64,000 bases of DNA, from assembly GCA_965205215.1 (NCBI GenBank), contig OZ242041.1, forward strand, positions 608,001 to 672,000, written 5' to 3'. A model generated the notes under the pieces. The model had not been told where the DNA came from. It made no database searches and was given only the letters and a program-made list of their open reading frames with translations. A program made the position numbers and the translations under genes. This document shows, one piece after another, positions 59,351-64,000 of the stretch. Numbering within the stretch: position 1 is the first letter of the stretch; the number at the start of each line of letters is the position of its first letter. Source of the stretch: Nitrosopumilus sp. (GTDB lineage: Archaea > Thermoproteota > Nitrososphaeria > Nitrososphaerales > Nitrosopumilaceae).

Positions 59351-60808
59351 CTACTCGCTCAGCCTGCCCACCGTGAGTATCGTATCGCCCACGTCCACGC
59401 CGACGTGCGACGAGGCCGGCGCGCCGCCTGAAAACCCGCGGGGGCTGTAAGACAGGGAGATCCTGCCGTTGACCGTTATGACGTCCCCCGCCTCCACGTC
59501 GGCCTCAAGCCACCCGTCCAGCTGGCCGCCGTATGCCCACTCGGCCTCTATGTCCCCGGTCAGCCGGTACAGGCAGTTGTAGTAGTACGTCTCAAAGCCC
59601 GTCCTTGCCAGCTCCACGTCCCTTGCAAAGGACTCGGCGGGCGCGGCCGTCCCCAGCGGGGCGGACTGGACGGTCAGTCCGCCGTTCTGCATGCGCACGG
59701 ACGCGGAGAACACGGGTTTGGGCATGCCGTCCTCCCACGACTTGAGCCGGTCGTCCACGGTATCGTGGAACTCGGAGAGGCAGTCGCACGGGCTGGTCGA
59801 GTGGGCCCCGCTGTCCGTACATCGAAAGTCCGCACCAAAGTCGTATGCGGCGCCGGCCGCCCCCGTGTACGGCGTCTCGACGCGGATCGCCATCTTGCCC
59901 GCATACGGGGCAGTTACGCTGCCGCTTATCGGAAACGTCACCCTAACGTCATAGTCCGCGTTGCTCCGGACCATCTGGAACACGTCAGGATGGCCCTGCA
60001 GCTGTGCGATGCCCGCCGGATATGCGGGCGCGCCCGGGTCGTGCCCGAAGTTGGAGCAGGGCTCGTACTGGTGGTGGCGGCCCGGCTTGATCTTCTCGCC
60101 CGCCTCCCAGTAATACCACGCGGGGCTCCCGGCAGGCCTCGGTATCGCGCCACCGAGCCCGCTGTCGGACACCAGAAAGGGGGTGTCGTATATGATGTGC
60201 TTCTCCCATCTGGTGTACCACGACTCCCCGGGCTTGACGTACGGGACCTTGCAGTATGTGCTGCTGTCCGAGTGGTGGTACGCGACTACCGTGTCGGCCC
60301 CCCTCTGGCTTGCCGAGCCCCCGTCCAGGCTCATGACTGCCACGTGTCCAAACGAGTTTTCGGGAACGCCCTGCGCCGGCGGCGGAGCGGCCCGTTCAAT
60401 CGTGAATACCACGCCCTGCGCCGTCACGCCCCGGAACGCGTAATCCTCGTCGCCCAGCAGGGCCGCCATGCCGCCGGGGAGCGGTGTGCCCGTCAGGTTG
60501 TGTGTCCGGTACGCGGGTACCGTATGGTTGACGTGCCATGCGTCAGACAGCGTCCCGTTCTCGTAGCTACGGAACTGGATCACGGTCACGTCTTTCGCGA
60601 TGTTGTTGGTGATTACTACGTGCGCGCCGTCATGGATCTCGCCGTACACGTGTGACGATGACGCAGACGGGCCGGACGCCCCCGCCGCCCTCTCCAGCAT
60701 CTCCCGCTGGATCTCCCCGAGCTCGGCCTGCTGCTCGAGCCCCGCGTATATGCCGTACAGCCCCAGGGTTATCAGCGACACCATCCCGATGACTATGATT
60801 GGGTTCAT
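59351..60808 (-). CDS. N-terminally anchored minor-pilin/adhesin-like protein
   Basis: N-terminal hydrophobic helix, then 'VVITNN'; contains a Trp-rich domain also found in the 1130-aa protein. Confidence 0.7.
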   Translation of the reverse strand: MNPIIVIGMVSLITLGLYGIYAGLEQQAELGEIQREMLERAAGASGPSASSSHVYGEIHDGAHVVITNNIAKDVTVIQFRSYENGTLSDAWHVNHTVPAYRTHNLTGTPLPGGMAALLGDEDYAFRGVTAQGVVFTIERAAPPPAQGVPENSFGHVAVMSLDGGSASQRGADTVVAYHHSDSSTYCKVPYVKPGESWYTRWEKHIIYDTPFLVSDSGLGGAIPRPAGSPAWYYWEAGEKIKPGRHHQYEPCSNFGHDPGAPAYPAGIAQLQGHPDVFQMVRSNADYDVRVTFPISGSVTAPYAGKMAIRVETPYTGAAGAAYDFGADFRCTDSGAHSTSPCDCLSEFHDTVDDRLKSWEDGMPKPVFSASVRMQNGGLTVQSAPLGTAAPAESFARDVELARTGFETYYYNCLYRLTGDIEAEWAYGGQLDGWLEADVEAGDVITVNGRISLSYSPRGFSGGAPASSHVGVDVGDTILTVGRLSE

Positions 60809-60817
60809 GGGCCATGG

Positions 60818-61621
60818 TCACCTGACAAGCGCATACTCGTGCATGATCCTCGGATCCTCAGATATGCTGCGGGGGTCGTGCCACCTGCTGTACTCTGGAA
60901 ACGGCATGCCGGATACAATGACGGTCCGCGACTCTGCTGTCGTGTCATATCCGAGTATGGACTTGTCCCCGGCCCGGGAGGTAATAGAGAGTGGCACGCT
61001 GTAAAAGTACGCGTCAATGTCCCCCCAGTGCGCCCCCACCTGTAGGCTTTGTTCCCCGTACGGGGCCAGGTGCAGCACCGTATTCTGGATGGAGTCCGCG
61101 AGCCACACGTCCCATGCGGACGTGGGATGCACGGTCATCGTATTATGGGCAAGGAGCATCACGGTGCTCCTGTTGTCAAAGCCCACGTCCATTATCCAGA
61201 CGGGGCCGTACGCGTGGTGCGCCATGCCGTGCACGAAATCCATGCGCAGCGTATAGCAGGGGTTCGGGTGGGTCGCCTCATATGCGTGCATGCTGTTGCA
61301 TATCTCGTACGTGTAGGAGTCGCCCGCCGCTAGGTTCCCGCCCAGCCGCCAGGTCGGGGGCGGGGAGGAGGGGGAGGCAGAGGGTGGCGTCGCCGCCGGC
61401 CCGCCGCCGTGCGATCCGGGCCCCGTGCCGGGATCGGCCGCGGACGGAACGGTATCCACCGCTGCTGCTGCTGCTGCTGCCGCCGCCGCCGCGGCCGCGC
61501 CAATGCACAGCAGGACCGCCGCCGCGGCCGCGCAGGCAAGTAATAAGGCAAAAGGGGCGCGGCGGCCGGGGGCGCGGGGCGCCAGGTTCCACGCGTATGT
61601 GACAACAGGGTGTCGGCTCAC
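60818..61621 (-). CDS. secreted hypothetical protein
   Basis: Signal peptide with poly-Ala; 'WRLGGNLAAGDSYTYEIC'. Confidence 0.7.
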   Translation of the reverse strand: MSRHPVVTYAWNLAPRAPGRRAPFALLLACAAAAAVLLCIGAAAAAAAAAAAAAVDTVPSAADPGTGPGSHGGGPAATPPSASPSSPPPTWRLGGNLAAGDSYTYEICNSMHAYEATHPNPCYTLRMDFVHGMAHHAYGPVWIMDVGFDNRSTVMLLAHNTMTVHPTSAWDVWLADSIQNTVLHLAPYGEQSLQVGAHWGDIDAYFYSVPLSITSRAGDKSILGYDTTAESRTVIVSGMPFPEYSRWHDPRSISEDPRIMHEYALVR

Positions 61622-61757
61622 TGTCTGTAAGGCCGCTTTTTGTTAAAAGTACGGATTTTCAGAATCGGGAGGCGCGGCCGGTTCGCGGCAGATGCGCGCC
61701 ATGGCGGTGGCCGCAGGGTCGGCCGCATGGCGGTGCGCAACGCGGCCCCGGCGCCAC

Positions 61758-61803
61758 GTTACCCGCAAACTTTCATAGCGCACTATGAAAGTTTGCGGGT
61801 AAC
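61758..61803. repeat. 46-bp palindrome, copy 7 (perfect 21-bp arms)
   Basis: GTTACCCGCAAACTTTCATAG-CGCA-CTATGAAAGTTTGCGGGTAAC. Confidence 0.95.
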
Positions 61804-61971
61804 CTACCAGTTACGTGCAGGGCAGGCGGGCCGTTCCGGCGCCCCGTCCTGCGGCGGCAACAGAAATGACTTGGCGGCTGCCCGGGACATGTTCTGTCAG
61901 GCCCTGCATGTTACAAACCCGGCGCGCGGGGGCCGCCCGGTATGCGGCCGCCGCCGTAAAACACGCGGCGG

Positions 61972-62154
61972 CTACTTGTCTGCGGCGGCGACGGCAACGT
62001 CGGGCACGGCCCGCAGAATCAGGGACTTGTTCTTCGTCTTTTGGACGTAGACGTAGGTGTGTTTTTTCCACCCGAGCTCCTTGATGAGGTCCGCGGGAAG
62101 GCTCACTCCCCACGAACCGCCGTTCTTTTGGATTATCTTACGAATCAGCACCAT
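61972..62154 (-). CDS. minimal AbrB-fold protein (AbrB-4)
   Basis: 'RKIIQKNGGSWGVSLPADLIKELGWKK...LILR'; lacks the KLERLRLK tail. Confidence 0.8.
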   Translation of the reverse strand: MVLIRKIIQKNGGSWGVSLPADLIKELGWKKHTYVYVQKTKNKSLILRAVPDVAVAAADK

Positions 62155-62346
62155 CCGTCACAAGTACGGAAAGCGTAAAAGGGCAAAGGGGCGGGCGCGC
62201 ACACATCCCACCTTCCGGCACGTACGCCCCGCCGCTACATCCGGGCGCCGCGGGCGGCCCGCGCCAAGGACATACTACGGTAATGTACCCCTTTGGGAAG
62301 GCATATTACAAAAACATCAAATACAAAAAGCATTATTGTTACGGGT

Positions 62347-63231
62347 ATGAGCACGACCGCGCCAAGACGCACCGCATCCCCCGAATGCCCCGCGGGGCAA
62401 ATGGCGGCCGCGGATGCCTGCGCGCACGATATGCGATACGAGACGGCCACCCCCGAGGGGGAGATCGTCTGCCGCGCGTGCGGGGTGGTCAAGGGAGACG
62501 ACGACCGGCGGCAGGCGTATGCGGACCCGGCGGCGCTCCCGCGCACCCGGACCAACCTGTACCTTGAGATGGAGGTGGGCGGCAAGCCGGACCCGAGGCT
62601 GCGGGCGGACAGGTTCGTGCGCCGGGGGCGCGACATGGCGGCAGTCAGCAACATATCGCAAAAGCTCGGCATCCCAAACGGCGCGGGCAGGGACGCGTGG
62701 GCGTGGTACCAGAGGCTGCGCCGCGCGCCCGGCATGCGCATGACAAAGGCAAAGCTACTGGTCCTGGCGTTTCACGGCGTCTGCAGGACGTGGGGCTGCC
62801 CGCTAAACGAGGCCAGGCTGCGGGACGCCATACGCATGGAGCTGGGGGTGAGGCACGCGCACTCGTACCTGCACGCCATAATGGAGGCCTCGTCATACGT
62901 GGATGAGGAGACCGGGGAGCACGTGCTGCGCAGGATAGGGTTCCTTGACATGATCGGGCACGGCATGTCTGATGATGCTGATGACGGCAGCGGCGGCGGC
63001 GGCGATGGTAATGATGATGCGGCCCGTAGTCCTCCGCCGCCGCCGTCGAGCGCGTTTTCCATGAGCACCGAGATCCAGTCCCTGGGGTACAAGTACGAGC
63101 CCGGAATCGCGGAGGAGCTGGCGCGCGAGGCGCGCGCCATCCTCCCCGTGCTGGAGCAGAGGGAAACCAGCCGGGGGCGCGCGGCGCGCGCGGCCGTGCG
63201 CATAGCAGAGAGGAGGTACGGGGCGCGGTGA
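62347..63231 (+). CDS. divergent TFB/TFIIB-like protein (Zn ribbon and cyclin-like helices)
   Basis: 'CAH...EGEIVCRACGVV'; 'ISQKLGIP...AWAWY'. Confidence 0.7.
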   Translation: MSTTAPRRTASPECPAGQMAAADACAHDMRYETATPEGEIVCRACGVVKGDDDRRQAYADPAALPRTRTNLYLEMEVGGKPDPRLRADRFVRRGRDMAAVSNISQKLGIPNGAGRDAWAWYQRLRRAPGMRMTKAKLLVLAFHGVCRTWGCPLNEARLRDAIRMELGVRHAHSYLHAIMEASSYVDEETGEHVLRRIGFLDMIGHGMSDDADDGSGGGGDGNDDAARSPPPPPSSAFSMSTEIQSLGYKYEPGIAEELAREARAILPVLEQRETSRGRAARAAVRIAERRYGAR

Positions 63232-64000
63232 GCGCGAAAAACACGCAGTGGCGGCTGCGGCAGGTTCGTACCGCGTCCATACGATATCATGATCTCGACA
63301 TTACGGTCCCGCTGCAAAGGCACGTGGACGCGTACAGGCTCATTTTTGCAGGGGTATCGGCCGGGCAGCCGTCCCCGGCAGACGGGGTTCCGGCAGTCAG
63401 GGTGGGCTACATAGGCGGCACGCCGTACCTGATGGCAGACGGCGACGTGTACCGCGGGGCCCTGGCGGCGGGCGCCGAGCATATCAGGTGCGTCGCCATG
63501 AAATGCGCCGACGCGTCTGACTTTCTTGTAAGGCACGTCCAGTACAACCACAGGCCCGCGGGGATCAACCCGCTCCTCCTCCGCAACGTGTCTGACTACG
63601 TGGCGGCCCACGGAAGCGCGGAGGACGCGGCGGCCCTGTCGCGCATATGCGCGGGGACGGTACACCAAAAGTTCATCGCGCTCGACCTGGGGCCCGGGGC
63701 CGCCGCGATACTGGGCGAGCTCTGCAAGTTTCTGGGCTCCAAGCTGTCACAGTTCGTGCTGCCGTACTACATCCCGTACCGCATAGCAAGGCAGAGGCCC
63801 GACATGCAGGGGGAGCTGGCCGAAAAGGTGTCGGGGCTGGTGAGGGCGCGCCCAGTCAACGACGCCCGCTTTGCGTGGCCCAGTTACGAGGAGGTAAGGA
63901 TGATCTCCGACTCCCCCCGGTACCGCAGGGACGAGGAGCCCGCCATAGTGACCCCGGACGGCGAGAGGCCGCCCCCCGCGGAGGTGCGGCGCGCAAGGCA
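63228..64000 (+). CDS. ParB/Srx-like N-terminal domain protein, truncated at the window edge (not in the ORF track)
   Basis: The GTG overlaps the TFB-like stop. Hand translation: MSAKNTQWRLRQVRTASI...PAVRVGYIGGTPYLMADGDVYRGALAAGAEHIRC...; the ParB GxxR motif is degenerate. Confidence 0.5.
   Translation, partial: MSAKNTQWRLRQVRTASIRYHDLDITVPLQRHVDAYRLIFAGVSAGQPSPADGVPAVRVGYIGGTPYLMADGDVYRGALAAGAEHIRCVAMKCADASDFLVRHVQYNHRPAGINPLLLRNVSDYVAAHGSAEDAAALSRICAGTVHQKFIALDLGPGAAAILGELCKFLGSKLSQFVLPYYIPYRIARQRPDMQGELAEKVSGLVRARPVNDARFAWPSYEEVRMISDSPRYRRDEEPAIVTPDGERPPPAEVRRAR

Larger units (their letters stand above)
14100..64000. mobile_element. putative archaeal integrative conjugative element; boundaries not determined, extends beyond the window
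   Basis: Co-occurrence of integrase, VirD4-, VirB6- and VirB2-like genes, a type IV pilus set, ParM, ParB-like and TFB-like genes, and many TA cassettes. Confidence 0.7.

Noticed and set aside
61461-61500. GCT/GCC trinucleotide run as a phase-variation switch
   Set aside because: It is an in-frame poly-Ala tract in a signal region, so length changes would not shift the frame.

Overview
This window looks like a mobile, accessory region of an archaeon, most likely Nitrososphaerota (Thaumarchaeota). The evidence is the 'PxWVxxxAGWWAxGxxDDxxF' C-terminal repeats, a thaumarchaeal-type Cys-rich Zn-finger, an archaeal class III pilin, a TFB-like gene, and TATA boxes about 25 bp before start codons. 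Bases 1-13.3 kb form a lower-GC defence island with two C5-methyltransferase systems, each linked to a MORC/GHKL ATPase. One ATPase is fused to a histidine kinase and followed by a response regulator; the other is fused to a nuclease-like domain. The island also has Vsr, a putative restriction endonuclease and toxin-antitoxin genes. From about 14 kb to the end is a GC-rich element resembling an integrative conjugative element (ICE). It encodes a tyrosine integrase, a ParM-like actin, VirD4-, VirB6- and VirB2-like genes, an archaeal type IV pilus set, large surface proteins, and TFB-like and ParB-like genes, with TA/defence cassettes inserted between them. Five observations stand out: (1) three paralogous modules of a phased repeat array followed by an AbrB-fold gene with a conserved C-terminal tail, flanking an orphan ParM, which may be a new ParMRC-like partition system; (2) seven copies of a covarying 46-bp palindrome near the integrase and at 61.8 kb; (3) an apparently circularly permuted VirB2-type pilin; (4) a fusion of a restriction-associated domain to a nitrilase; (5) a coupling ATPase with a wHTH/PD-(D/E)xK-like tail. 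All family assignments come from reading motifs by eye; no database search was run.
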